From an uncultured Brevifollis sp. (GTDB taxonomy: Bacteria > Verrucomicrobiota > Verrucomicrobiia > Verrucomicrobiales > Verrucomicrobiaceae), in contig CAZSBO010000004.1 in the NCBI GenBank assembly GCA_964605265.1, positions 488 through 64,487 on the forward strand: a stretch of DNA of 64,000 bases, read 5' to 3'. The notes under the pieces are model-generated. The model ran no database searches. It was given only the letters and a program-made list of their open reading frames with translations, and was not told the DNA's origin. This document shows, one piece after another, positions 47,539-57,283 of the stretch. Position 1 is the stretch's first letter, and every line of letters begins with the position of its first letter. The position numbers and the translations under genes were made by a program.

Positions 47539-48903
47539 ATGCGCCCGCTTCTGGCCGTCAGCCTCCTGCTCCTTCTGCGCCCGGCACCGGCCGCCGAGCA
47601 GGCCGCCGCCGCTCCCGCGGCCCCTGCCACCGCTCCGGCCGGCAGCCCCAAACCGCTGCCGCCACCCGCCGAGGCCTACCGTCAGATCGAACTGCTGACG
47701 CGGGCCATGGAGATGATCCGCCAAAACTACGTCGATGAATCGCGCGTCACCTTCGCCGAACTCGTCGAGGGTGCCTTGGAAGGCATGCTGCGTCGCCTGG
47801 ATCCGCACTGCGAGTACATGGGCCGCACCCTCTTCGAGGATCTGCAGCGCGAGCCCAGCGAGACCTCGGAGGGCGTCGGCCTGACCGTCGCCCTGCGCGA
47901 GGGCGTGCTGACGCTGGTCACCGTGCGCGAGGATGGCCCGGCCGGCCGCGCCGGCGTGCTGGCGGGCGACCAAATCGTGCGCATCGACGAGGTGCTCACG
48001 GACAGCGTCGGCGTCGCCGAAGCGATGCAACTGTTGGAAGGCAAGGCCGGTGAAGAAGTTCGGCTCACCCTGCGCCGGCCCGGCACCCGCCAGTTCCTGG
48101 AATTCCGCCTCGCCCGCGAGGCGATCACCGAAAGCTCGGTGCATGACGCCATGCTGCTGACGCCGAAGCTGGCCGGTGCGGCCAAGGTCGGCTACATCCG
48201 GCTGTCGCAATTCACCCAGTCGACGGCGCGCGACCTCGGTGCTGCCCTCGACGAACTGGAAAAGGCCGGCCTGCAGGCGCTCGTGCTCGACCTGCGCAAC
48301 AACCCGGGCGGCCTGCTCGACAGCGCGGTCGCCGTCTGCGGCGAATTCCTGCCCGAGAGCACCGTCGTGGTGACCACCGAGGGCCGCCTCGCGGCGCAAA
48401 ACCCGCCGCCCTACCGGACGCCGGCCCGCGACGGCCGCCCGCCGCGCCGTTTCCCGGTCGCCGTGCTCATCAATCACGCCAGTGCCAGCGCCTCGGAAAT
48501 CGTCGCCGGCGCCCTGCAGGATCTCAAGCGCGCGCTCGTCGTCGGCACCACCAGCTTTGGCAAGGGCTCGGTGCAGAGCATCCTGCCGATGAAAAACGGC
48601 GCCGCCATGCGCCTGACCACGGCGAAGTACTACACCCCGAGCCACCGCACCATCCACGAACACGGCGTGACACCCGACATCGTTTCGTCGCTGACCCCGG
48701 GCGAGGAAGCCAAGGTCGCGCGCTGGCGCCTGCGCCACGGCACCGGCGAAGCGGCAGCCATCGAGATCGCCGCGCTCGGCGACCGCCAGCTCGAGCGCGC
48801 AGTCGACGCGCTCAAGGGCGTGCTCGTCTTCGGCGCCTTTGCCGAAAACGACAAGCCTGCACCGCCTCCGCCCGCGGCGGAGGCGCCGGCGCAGAAACCC
48901 TGA
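47539..48903 (+). CDS. ctpA: Carboxyl-terminal processing protease, S41 family with PDZ domain
   Basis: LDLRNNPGGLL, SASASEIVAGALQD, SFGKGSVQ, TTAKYYTPS. Confidence 0.93.
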   Translation: MRPLLAVSLLLLLRPAPAAEQAAAAPAAPATAPAGSPKPLPPPAEAYRQIELLTRAMEMIRQNYVDESRVTFAELVEGALEGMLRRLDPHCEYMGRTLFEDLQREPSETSEGVGLTVALREGVLTLVTVREDGPAGRAGVLAGDQIVRIDEVLTDSVGVAEAMQLLEGKAGEEVRLTLRRPGTRQFLEFRLAREAITESSVHDAMLLTPKLAGAAKVGYIRLSQFTQSTARDLGAALDELEKAGLQALVLDLRNNPGGLLDSAVAVCGEFLPESTVVVTTEGRLAAQNPPPYRTPARDGRPPRRFPVAVLINHASASASEIVAGALQDLKRALVVGTTSFGKGSVQSILPMKNGAAMRLTTAKYYTPSHRTIHEHGVTPDIVSSLTPGEEAKVARWRLRHGTGEAAAIEIAALGDRQLERAVDALKGVLVFGAFAENDKPAPPPPAAEAPAQKP

Positions 48904-48906
48904 GCC

Positions 48907-49066
48907 GGAGTTTCAGGCGGAAGATCCAACAAGGAAGGCCGAATCTCGAAGGTGCCCGACTCCCAAGCTTGGGCATTGGGCATTCCTTGTTCGAGATTCT
49001 TCATTCCACAGGTCGTCGACCCCCGAGCCCGCAGGCCGGAACTTGAAACCTGAAACCTGAAACTCC
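48907..49066. repeat. Inverted 7-nt-periodic repeat element in the ctpA-fabI convergent spacer
   Basis: Five AAnnnnn heptads (48921-48955) face five nnnnnTT heptads (48971-49005); TGAAACY x3 at 49044-49064 pairs with GGAGTTTCAGG at 48907-48917. Confidence 0.75.
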
Positions 49067-49076
49067 CCTGCCCCGA

Positions 49077-49853
49077 TCACATGCCCATGATCTGGTAACC
49101 GCCGTCAACGTAGATGACCTGACCGGTGATCGACGCGGCGCCGTCGCTGGCAAGGAAGACGCCGGTGGCGCCGAGTTCCTTCGGCTCGCAGGAGCGGCCG
49201 AGCGGGGCGTGCTCGTCGTAGTGCTTGAGCATCGAACCAAAACCGGCGATGCCGCGCGCGGCGAGGGTGTTGACCGGCCCGGCGCTGATGCAGTTGACGC
49301 GGATCTTCTTCTTGCCGAGGTCGTAGGCCAGGTAGCGGGTGCTGGCTTCCAGGCTGGCCTTGGCGACGCCCATGACGTTGTAGTGCGGCACCACCTTCTC
49401 GGCGCCGTAGTAGCTCATGGCCACAATGCTGCCGCCGTCGGTCATCAGCGGCTCGGCCTTGCGGGCAAGGTGGACGAGCGAGTAGGCGCTGATGTTGTGC
49501 GCGGTCAGGTAGGCCTCACGGCTGGTGTTGAGGAAGTCGCCCTCAAGCGCTTCCTTGGGCGCAAAGGCGATGCTGTGCAGCAGCAGGTCAACCTTGGGGG
49601 CAATGCCCGCCACCTTGTCGAAGAAGGCGTCGACTTCGTCGTCCTTGGTGACATCGCAGGGGAAAATCGGGGTGTCGGCGCCAAAGGTGCCGGCGAGTTC
49701 CTCGACGTTTTCCTTCAGGCGTTCGCCCTGGTAGTTGAAGATCAGCTTGGCGCCGGCCTCGGCCCAGGCCTGGGCGATGGCCCAGGCAATGCTGCGCTTG
49801 TTGGCGACTCCGAAAACTAGGGCGGTCTTTCCTTCGAGAGGTTTGGCACTCAT
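49077..49853 (-). CDS. fabI: Enoyl-ACP reductase
   Basis: GVANKRSIAW, YNVMGVAKASLE, ISAGPVNTLAA. Confidence 0.96.
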   Translation of the reverse strand: MSAKPLEGKTALVFGVANKRSIAWAIAQAWAEAGAKLIFNYQGERLKENVEELAGTFGADTPIFPCDVTKDDEVDAFFDKVAGIAPKVDLLLHSIAFAPKEALEGDFLNTSREAYLTAHNISAYSLVHLARKAEPLMTDGGSIVAMSYYGAEKVVPHYNVMGVAKASLEASTRYLAYDLGKKKIRVNCISAGPVNTLAARGIAGFGSMLKHYDEHAPLGRSCEPKELGATGVFLASDGAASITGQVIYVDGGYQIMGM

Positions 49854-49908
49854 GGTCCCGATGCTCTAAAGCGGATGCCCGGTCCGGTCAAGCCTCCGCC
49901 GCGGGGGC

Positions 49909-50949
49909 TCAGAGCCGGCGCAGGCCGTCCTCGGTCATCGGATTGGGAATCTCCTCCTCAATGGCGTCGATCCGGCGCAGGGTCTCGGCGTCGAGGATCA
50001 GGTCGGCAGCCCGCAGGTTCTCCTCAAGCTGGGCGACCGTGGTGGCGCCGAAGATCGTCGACGCGACAAAGTCGTGCTGGCGGCTCCAGGCCAGGGCTAG
50101 GGCGGCGAGGCTGACACCGAGATCCGCGGCGATGCCCTGCAGGCGGGCGGCGGTCTCCAGGCTGCGGGCATTGACGAAGCGGCGCGCCATGCGCTGCTGG
50201 CGTTCGCCACCGCCGCGCAGGTAATCGCTGAAACGCGCGCCGTCCGGCAGGGCACCGTCCTGGTACTTGCCGGTCAGCACGCCACCGCCGAGCGGCGAGT
50301 ACGGCAGCAGGCTGACCCCCTCCATCCGGCAGACCTGGGCCAGCTCGTTTTCGCAGCGGCGGTTGATGAGGGAAAAGTTGTTCTGCACGCTGTCGAAGCG
50401 CGTCAGTCCGTGCTTCTCCGCGGCCCAGAGGTTCTTCATCAGGCCCCAGCTGGTCTCGTTGCTGCAGCCGATGGCGCGCACCTTGCCCTCCTGCACCAGC
50501 TCGGTCAGCGCCTCCAGGGTGTCCTCCTGGCGCATGCCGTGGTCCGGCCAGTGCGTCTGGTACAAATCAATGCAGTCGGTCTGCAGCCGGCGCAGGCTGT
50601 CCTCGCAGGCCCGGCGGATCTGCCGGCGGTCGAGCGCGGTGAAACCGCCGCGAATCGGCGGCCGGAACCAGCCGTGCCCCGGGCCGGTGACCTTGGTGGC
50701 GACGATGACCTGGTCGCGCGGCTTGGTCTTCAGCCAGCGGCCGACGATTTGCTCCGTGATGCCAAAGCGCTCGGCACTTGGCGGCACAGGATACATTTCC
50801 GCCGCATCAAAGAAGTCGATGCCGGCATCGTAAGCGCGGTCCATGATGGCAAAGGACTCCGCCTCATCGGCCTGCAGGCCGAAGGTCATCGTGCCCATGC
50901 AAAGATCTGTCACCACGAGGCCGCTGCGGCCGAGTCGTCTGCGTTCCAT
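49909..50949 (-). CDS. Aldo/keto reductase (Tas-like)
   Basis: [44 protein letters not shown]. Confidence 0.92.
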   Translation of the reverse strand: MERRRLGRSGLVVTDLCMGTMTFGLQADEAESFAIMDRAYDAGIDFFDAAEMYPVPPSAERFGITEQIVGRWLKTKPRDQVIVATKVTGPGHGWFRPPIRGGFTALDRRQIRRACEDSLRRLQTDCIDLYQTHWPDHGMRQEDTLEALTELVQEGKVRAIGCSNETSWGLMKNLWAAEKHGLTRFDSVQNNFSLINRRCENELAQVCRMEGVSLLPYSPLGGGVLTGKYQDGALPDGARFSDYLRGGGERQQRMARRFVNARSLETAARLQGIAADLGVSLAALALAWSRQHDFVASTIFGATTVAQLEENLRAADLILDAETLRRIDAIEEEIPNPMTEDGLRRL

Positions 50950-51067
50950 GGCGCCAGCATGGAAGGGAGCGCGCCGGGATCAAGCCGCAGTTGTCACCGC
51001 AGTGAAGGCATCCCTCAGGGCCGTGACACGGCCTTGCCTGTGAGGCCGGGGCCGACCTGACGCCGAC

Positions 51068-52174
51068 CTACACCGCCGGCTGCCAGCTCTCCATCGCCAA
51101 ACTGGCGGCGCCGAGCGCGCCGGCGGCGTCGTCGAGTTCCGACACGAGAATGCGCGGTGCGCGTCCACGCAGGCGCGGCATGAGCACGGCAGCCTGGGCC
51201 GCCACCTCGTCCCAGAAGGCCGCGCCGAGCGCGGTCAGCGGGCCGTGCAGGAAAAACACCTCGGTGTCGAGCAGCAGCTGCAGCCAGCCGGCGACTCGGG
51301 CGAAGTCGGCGGCAATCTCGCCGCGTGCCGGTCGACCAGCCACCTCCGCCAGTGCGCCATGCAGATCCTCCGGTGCCGGACCATCGCTGCCGGCCAAGCG
51401 ACGCCAGACGGCGGGCGCGGACAGGGCGTCGTGCATTTCCCCGCCGCCCGGCCAGGCCCAGTTGCCGACCTCACCCGCGGCCTGATGGGCGCCGCTAAAC
51501 AGGTGGCCGCGATGCATGATCGCCGCGCCAAAACCGCGCCGGGGTCCGAGCACGACATAGTCGTCGAGGTTGCGACCACCGCCAAACCAGCGCTCGGCCA
51601 GGGCGATGACGCGCAGGTTGTTCTCCAAGGTCACGGGCACGCCAAAATCCACCGCCAGTGGCGCGGCCACGGGCACGTCGCGCCAGTCCTCGATGAAGCC
51701 GTAGTGCAGGCTGATGCCGCGCTCGGGGTCGACGACGCCGGGTGCGCCGATGCCAATGCCGAGCAATCGACCAGGCGCCTTCGCCGCCAGGGCACGCACC
51801 GCTGCGGCAAGTTCCTGCTGCACCAGCAACCGGCCGGCGCCGGACGGCAGCGGCCGCTGCAGGGAATGGGCGACCTGTCCGGAAAAATCCACCCGCACCG
51901 CCTGCACACGACCCGCATGGAACTCGACCCCGGCAAACCAGCCGGCGGCCGACACGGTGCCGAGCCGGCGCTTGGGCCGACCCACCGGCCCCTGCTCGAG
52001 GCCGTCCTCCATGAGCAGGTTGCCGGCCAGCAGCATGTCGACGTACAAGCCGGTGGTCGAGGGCGACAACCCCATCACGTCGGCGAGGCCGCGCCGGGAG
52101 GTCGCGCGACCACTGCGCACGTGCAGGATGACATCGGCGATGAGGCGGGACTGATCGGCGGGATTTTTTCTCAT
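51068..52174 (-). CDS. ROK family transcriptional regulator
   Basis: N-terminal HTH SRRGLADVMGLS..VGRP; GIGIGAPG, LENN, ALAERWFG, AGEVG. Confidence 0.9.
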   Translation of the reverse strand: MRKNPADQSRLIADVILHVRSGRATSRRGLADVMGLSPSTTGLYVDMLLAGNLLMEDGLEQGPVGRPKRRLGTVSAAGWFAGVEFHAGRVQAVRVDFSGQVAHSLQRPLPSGAGRLLVQQELAAAVRALAAKAPGRLLGIGIGAPGVVDPERGISLHYGFIEDWRDVPVAAPLAVDFGVPVTLENNLRVIALAERWFGGGRNLDDYVVLGPRRGFGAAIMHRGHLFSGAHQAAGEVGNWAWPGGGEMHDALSAPAVWRRLAGSDGPAPEDLHGALAEVAGRPARGEIAADFARVAGWLQLLLDTEVFFLHGPLTALGAAFWDEVAAQAAVLMPRLRGRAPRILVSELDDAAGALGAASLAMESWQPAV

Positions 52175-52233
52175 GCGCGCGACCGCCGGAACGGCCGCGC
52201 CACTTCATAGCTCTTAGGGGCGGCTTGGAGCAA

Positions 52234-52944
52234 TCAGGAAATGGATTTTTTCCGCGGCCGGGTGGCAAAAAACAGGGCGACCCCGAGCAGGGCGACCACG
52301 CAGGTGGCGCCGGTCAACGTGGTGAGCACGAGGTCGCGCAGGTTCTTGTTGGGGATGAAACCGAGCTTGTGGAAGTTGGTGAAAATCCGCGCCTCAAACT
52401 GGCGGTTGTCATCGGTGTGACGGGTGACACTGCCGGTGGCGGTTGAGACGTAGACGCGGGTGTGCAGGGCGTCGTCGAGGTCGAAACGGTACACTGGCAG
52501 GATGCGGAAGATGTTCAGGTACTCCGTGTCAAAGGCGGTCAGGAAGGCGGTTTTGCGCACCTTGGCACCGCCGAGAAAGGCGGCGGCGATCTGCGCGGCA
52601 TAGGCCTCGTCCTGGGCGGGATCGACCCGGCCATCCTCGGCACTGACGTACTGCGCCGGGCCACCACCCTGCGGATAGATCTGATACCAGGGTCGGCCGC
52701 CGATGCCGCGGACGTTGACGGCACTGACCGCCTGCGCGTTAGCAGGCAGCCGGGCGACCGCCTCAGCGACCCCGAGCCGGATCGGCGCGACATCAAGCGC
52801 ACCGCTTGGCAGGGCCGGCGGTGGTGGTGCCTGGGTGCGGGTCATGACGTTGTGGATGACGCCACTGCCGGCGGCCATCAGGATGCTGAGACTGAAGACG
52901 AGGCCGAGCCAGCGGTGGGCCTTGCGGAGGGTCTGCTTGTTCAT
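52234..52944 (-). CDS. PepSY-associated TM protein
   Basis: LRKAHRWLGLVF..GSG N-terminal TM, periplasmic PepSY-like repeats, FHKL plus C-terminal TM. Confidence 0.85.
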   Translation of the reverse strand: MNKQTLRKAHRWLGLVFSLSILMAAGSGVIHNVMTRTQAPPPPALPSGALDVAPIRLGVAEAVARLPANAQAVSAVNVRGIGGRPWYQIYPQGGGPAQYVSAEDGRVDPAQDEAYAAQIAAAFLGGAKVRKTAFLTAFDTEYLNIFRILPVYRFDLDDALHTRVYVSTATGSVTRHTDDNRQFEARIFTNFHKLGFIPNKNLRDLVLTTLTGATCVVALLGVALFFATRPRKKSIS

Positions 52945-52994
52945 GGGAAGAAAAAAGAGCCACCGCCGGCTTGCGACCGACGGCGGCGGGTGGA

Positions 52995-55133
52995 TCACCA
53001 TTTCCATTCGACACCGGCGAACAGGCCGCGGCCGTCGCCCGGGAAAAACACCGCGCTCGCCGCCGTAGCGGTGGTGACCACACCAGTGGTGGCGGCATAG
53101 GTGGCATCGGTCAGGTTCTTTGCCTCGACAAAGAAGGACAGCCCCTTCTTCGTGCGATAGCCGAACTTGAAGCCGAGCAGGGCATAGCCGTCCGCCTCCA
53201 GGGTGTTGGCGAGATCGACAAAGTAACTCTGCGGCGCCCACTCGACGTTCGGGCCGGCATAGAATCCGCAGGGATGCTCATAGAGCAGTTCGGCGCGGTA
53301 GAAGTGGCGCGGAATGCCGGGCAGCTCGTTGTTCGTGAACACGGGATCGCCATCGAAATGGAAGTCGTTGAAGAGGTAAAACTGGCGCAGGAACAGGCGA
53401 TCACCCGCCTGCGTCTCCTCGCCGCCCTCTTCGCCATCGGTGGCCGGCCGCCCGGCGGTGAACAGGCCGCGCACCAGATCAAAGTCGAACAGGGCCTCGA
53501 CGCCGTGGCGGATCGTCCGGCCGGCGTTGATGGTCTGGGTGGCGCTGACCCCCGGCACGCCGAGGGCGAAGAGTTCGTTGTCGAGCCAGGTGTAGTACCA
53601 GGCGAGATCCCAGCGCGCGCGACCGCGACTGCCGCGTGTGCCGAGTTCAAGGCTGGTGCCTCGCTGGGCCTGCAGATCGATCAAGCCCGGCATGCCACCG
53701 AGCGCGGTCAGCTCACCGAACGACGGCGGCTCAAAGCTGCGGCTGACGTTGGCAAAGAACTGCAGTTCGGGCGCGGCCTCCCAGAGCAGACCCAGCTTGG
53801 GACTGAAGCCCCAGTATTCCTTGCGGTCGCTGTTGTCGGCACCGAACACGCGCTGCTCGTCGAAGTCGCGATCGGCAAAACTGCCCTGCGCACCCAAAAT
53901 GAGGGCGAGGCGGTCGGTCAGGTGAAAGGTGTCCTGCGCGTAGAGGTCGAGATTCGTCGCCGTCAGCTGGTTCTCCGCCGTGCGCCCACCGCGACGGCCG
54001 AGCACGTTGGCGAAGCGGTTGTCCTGGGTCAGTCCGTAGACGTAGCCGAGACCGAGGGTGAACTGGTTGCGATGACCGGCGAGATCAGCGAGCGAGTCGT
54101 AGCGCAGGTCGAGACCCAGGTCGTTGCTGAGCTGGTCGATCACACCCGGCCCGAGCCGGAAGCCGGGACCGAAGGAGATGAGCGGGTGGTCGAGATCCTT
54201 CCACGACCAGAAACTGCTCAGGGTCACGCGATGGATGTCGTCCGACCAGACCGTGCGATTGGCCAACCGGAACAGCTCGAAGTCGCGCTTCTGATTGAAG
54301 CGGACGTTGCCCGGGTTGGCCATGTCGGGCCGCCGCTCGAGCTGGCGCAGGGTCAGGCTGCCCGGCAACTGCGAGTCGGTCTGCACATAGGTCACGTAGA
54401 AACGCGTCTCCAGGCTGTCACTCAGCCGCTGGCCGAAGTTGGCGAAGAAGCGCTGGCTGTCCTGGCGGGCATGATCGCGGTAACCCTCGGTCTCGTTGTA
54501 GCTGTAGCTGGCGTAGACATCGGAGTCGCCAAAAACGCCGCCCGAACTGATCTGGCCGCGGAAGCTGCCGAAACTGCCGGCCTCAAAGCGCGCCTGCAGC
54601 GGCGCGGCCTCGTGGCCGGTGAGCGAAACGAAGTTGATGGCGCCGCCGAGCGTGGTCGAGCCAAACTGCAGGGCGTTGGCGCCGCGGAAGACCTCGATGT
54701 AGCGGGCGGACAAGGGCTCGATGGCCTGCATGTCGAAACCGCCGTCGGCGAGGTTCAGCGGCGAACCGTCCTGCATGAGCTTGATGCCGCGACCGTGGAA
54801 GGTGCGCTGGATGCCGGAGCCGCGGATCGAGATGCGGCTTTCCTCCGCGCCGAAGCGCGGCTGAATGAAAACGCCGGGTGCGAAGTCGAGGGCATCCTTG
54901 AGGGTGGTGGCGCGACCGCGCTTGTAGTCTTCGGCATCGACGACCGCCACCCCGCCGGGGGTGGTGGCGGTGAGTTCCTGGCGACGGGTCTCCAGGGTGG
55001 GAACGGTGCGGGAGGGATCCGGCGGACGTGCGGTGACGAGCACTTCCGGCAGAGTGGGAGCGGCGGTCTGCGCCGACAGTTGGGCAAGAGCAAGCAGGCC
55101 CGTGCAGGGCCAAAGGGAGAAAAAGGATTTCAT
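52995..55133 (-). CDS. TonB-dependent receptor
   Basis: Signal peptide, LPEVLVTA TonB box, SIRGSG, IEVFRGANALQFG, C-terminal GVEWKW. Confidence 0.93.
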   Translation of the reverse strand: MKSFFSLWPCTGLLALAQLSAQTAAPTLPEVLVTARPPDPSRTVPTLETRRQELTATTPGGVAVVDAEDYKRGRATTLKDALDFAPGVFIQPRFGAEESRISIRGSGIQRTFHGRGIKLMQDGSPLNLADGGFDMQAIEPLSARYIEVFRGANALQFGSTTLGGAINFVSLTGHEAAPLQARFEAGSFGSFRGQISSGGVFGDSDVYASYSYNETEGYRDHARQDSQRFFANFGQRLSDSLETRFYVTYVQTDSQLPGSLTLRQLERRPDMANPGNVRFNQKRDFELFRLANRTVWSDDIHRVTLSSFWSWKDLDHPLISFGPGFRLGPGVIDQLSNDLGLDLRYDSLADLAGHRNQFTLGLGYVYGLTQDNRFANVLGRRGGRTAENQLTATNLDLYAQDTFHLTDRLALILGAQGSFADRDFDEQRVFGADNSDRKEYWGFSPKLGLLWEAAPELQFFANVSRSFEPPSFGELTALGGMPGLIDLQAQRGTSLELGTRGSRGRARWDLAWYYTWLDNELFALGVPGVSATQTINAGRTIRHGVEALFDFDLVRGLFTAGRPATDGEEGGEETQAGDRLFLRQFYLFNDFHFDGDPVFTNNELPGIPRHFYRAELLYEHPCGFYAGPNVEWAPQSYFVDLANTLEADGYALLGFKFGYRTKKGLSFFVEAKNLTDATYAATTGVVTTATAASAVFFPGDGRGLFAGVEWKW

Positions 55134-55237
55134 GCAGGGATGGAGCCGGCACGGCCGGCCTCCGGGCGGGATGAAGGGGCACGGCAACGGGCCGCACCCC
55201 AAAAAGGGTCAGCACACGCCAGGATGGCGCGCGCACG

Positions 55238-55648
55238 TCAAACGAGCGGAGCAGGGCCGCTTCGTGGCGGCCGGAGGCGCGTCTCAGGATGACCCTCGGC
55301 GGGCGTCGCCCGCCAATCGGCATGAATCAGCGGAACCGCCGGCGGTGGCACCAGCCGGACGGCGAAAGCGAGCACGGCATCGAGCTTGATGCGCGCGAGC
55401 GGCGCCGACTTCGGCGCCTGCTGCTGGCCGGATTCGACCGCCTTGCAGAGCGGACAGGGATGCTCGCCGTCAAAGGTGTTTTTCACCGCCTCGACCAGGG
55501 AGACTTCCTGCGACCAGGAAAGCAGCATGCCCGTCCAGGCCAGGCTCTGCAGCAGCGCCCAGTGGACGCCGAGCGACAAACAGAGCGCCGCGACCACCAG
55601 CCCGTGCATGAGCCGGGTGGCGAGGGGTCGGGGGACGGAGCGCGTCAC
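55238..55648 (-). CDS. DUF2946/CruR-like CxxC leader protein
   Basis: N-terminal hydrophobic segment, FDGEHPCPLC, Pro-rich C-terminus RLRPPR; lies directly upstream of the TonB receptor. Confidence 0.8.
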   Translation of the reverse strand: MTRSVPRPLATRLMHGLVVAALCLSLGVHWALLQSLAWTGMLLSWSQEVSLVEAVKNTFDGEHPCPLCKAVESGQQQAPKSAPLARIKLDAVLAFAVRLVPPPAVPLIHADWRATPAEGHPETRLRPPRSGPAPLV

Positions 55649-55655
55649 GGCGGCG

Positions 55656-55683
55656 AGCCTAGCGGCGGCACCGCAACTGTCAA
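55656..55683 (-). promoter_or_regulatory. Sigma70-type promoter for the leader-TBDR-PepSY operon
   Basis: TTGACA-N16-TAGGCT, 7 nt before GTG 55648. Confidence 0.65.
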
Positions 55684-55740
55684 CCGCGCCGCGCAAGGAA
55701 CGGCTTGCACCGGCCGCGGGGCGGTCTTGGGTGAAGGCGC

Positions 55741-56115
55741 GTGGACTTCCTGCTCTCCCCCGATCCCATCCCGGACACGACGCCCCCCTTTGGCCCCGGC
55801 CTCGGTGCCGAGGCGCGCTTCCTCGGCGTGGTGCGTGAGCTTGAGGACGGCCGAACGATCGCCGGCATCGACTACAGCGCCTACCGCCCCATGGCGGACA
55901 AGCTGCTCGCCGAGCTGATCGCCACCGCCCGTGCCGAACGCGAGCCGCACGAGGTCTTCCTCCAGCACCGCCTCGGCTTCGTCGCCGCCGGCGAACCCTC
56001 CATCCTGATCCGCGTGCGCACCCGCCACAGCGCCGCCGCCTTCGAACTCTGCCGCTGCTACCTCGCCGAAATCAAGACGCGCGTGCCGATCTGGAAAAAA
56101 CCGGTCTTCGCCTAG
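55741..56115 (+). CDS. moaE: Molybdopterin synthase catalytic subunit
   Basis: GAEARFLGVVR, YSAYRPMA, HRLG, IKTRVPIWKK. Confidence 0.88.
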   Translation: MDFLLSPDPIPDTTPPFGPGLGAEARFLGVVRELEDGRTIAGIDYSAYRPMADKLLAELIATARAEREPHEVFLQHRLGFVAAGEPSILIRVRTRHSAAAFELCRCYLAEIKTRVPIWKKPVFA

Positions 56116-57170
56116 CGCGCCAGCAGGTCTTCCATCAACGGCAGCACGGTCGCGTAATGGGTGCCCCCACCGGCCCGGCTCAACTGCTCGGAGATCAGTT
56201 CCGCCTCACTCACCACGTCGGCCGGCAGGATCTCCTCGTGGGCATGGCCCTCGCAGTCGGCACAGACATGCACAAAGGCGGAGGCGCCGTCGCGGGTGAC
56301 CTGCACGGCGAGACCGGGACCGGACAGCTTGAGCGACTGCAGCGCACAGCCTTCCGCATCGGCCTCGGCCAGCACGGCCTGCAACCGGCTGCCGCCAGGA
56401 CGGTCGAAGACAAGACCTGCAACGCCCTCCGCCAAACTCGCACCGAGGCGATGGGCGATCCAGCCCGCCAGCATCAGCGCGGCACAGCGCTGGCCGCGCG
56501 CATGGGTGATCTCGATGCGCTCCAGCGTCGGCAGATGCCGGCGGGCGTTGGCATCCTGAAAACAGGCCGCCAGGGCCGTGCGCAGGAAGTGACTGCGCGT
56601 CCAGCTCAGGTCGCGCACATCAAAGTCCGCACAGCGATCGGCACGCACCGCCGCCAGGCGGGCAAACTCCGCGCGCGGGTCCGCCCACGTGCTGCTGTCG
56701 AGGATGAGCGTGCCGATGCGACTGTAAAAACGTTCCTCGAAGTTCTTCGTCAACCCGCCCTGCCACCAGACAAGCAGCGGCAGATCGGCGTCGAGGTGGG
56801 CGAACACCACATTCTGCACCTGGGCGGCATCCCCCCCCTCCAGCAGGAAGGAAATCTGCTCGCTGCAGACTTCCTGGCGCCCCTGGTAGGGTCGGCAGAG
56901 TGCGTTGATCCAGGCACGCGCGCGCGGTGGCCGCGCCTCCGGCAGGCAGAGAATGAGCAGGGCCCGGCAGGCATGCTCGGCGGTGATCTGGTCGAGCCGC
57001 TCCACGTTCGCCGACAACGCCGCCGGATCCTCACTGTAGATGGCGAAATTGATCAGTGACGCCCGCGTCTTGGTCTGGTCATCCGCCCACAAATCCTTGA
57101 GCGCACGATCGATCTTCGGCAGCGCCACCTCGGCGCCGAGGCGGGAGAGAGTGTCTTCGGGAAGCGGCAT
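56112..57170 (-). CDS. opcA: Glucose-6-phosphate dehydrogenase assembly protein OpcA
   Basis: TRASLIN, VCSEQI, DLPLLVWW, DLSWTR. Confidence 0.85.
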   Translation of the reverse strand: MPLPEDTLSRLGAEVALPKIDRALKDLWADDQTKTRASLINFAIYSEDPAALSANVERLDQITAEHACRALLILCLPEARPPRARAWINALCRPYQGRQEVCSEQISFLLEGGDAAQVQNVVFAHLDADLPLLVWWQGGLTKNFEERFYSRIGTLILDSSTWADPRAEFARLAAVRADRCADFDVRDLSWTRSHFLRTALAACFQDANARRHLPTLERIEITHARGQRCAALMLAGWIAHRLGASLAEGVAGLVFDRPGGSRLQAVLAEADAEGCALQSLKLSGPGLAVQVTRDGASAFVHVCADCEGHAHEEILPADVVSEAELISEQLSRAGGGTHYATVLPLMEDLLAR

Positions 57171-57248
57171 CGACGCACCCTAAGGGCACGCGCAGGCGAG
57201 TAAAGCCGGAGTTGCCACCCCAGCCGGCTGTTTTTGCGCCATTTTGCT

Positions 57249-57278
57249 ATTGCATAGTTAATTTATCAAGAATAGGGT
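57249..57278 (+). promoter_or_regulatory. cysH promoter overlapped by a Rrf2/CymR-like box
   Basis: TTGCAT-N17-TAGGGT, 5 nt before ATG 57284; ATTGCATAGTTAATTTATCAAGAATA resembles the cysI upstream site. Confidence 0.6.
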
Positions 57279-57283
57279 GTTTA

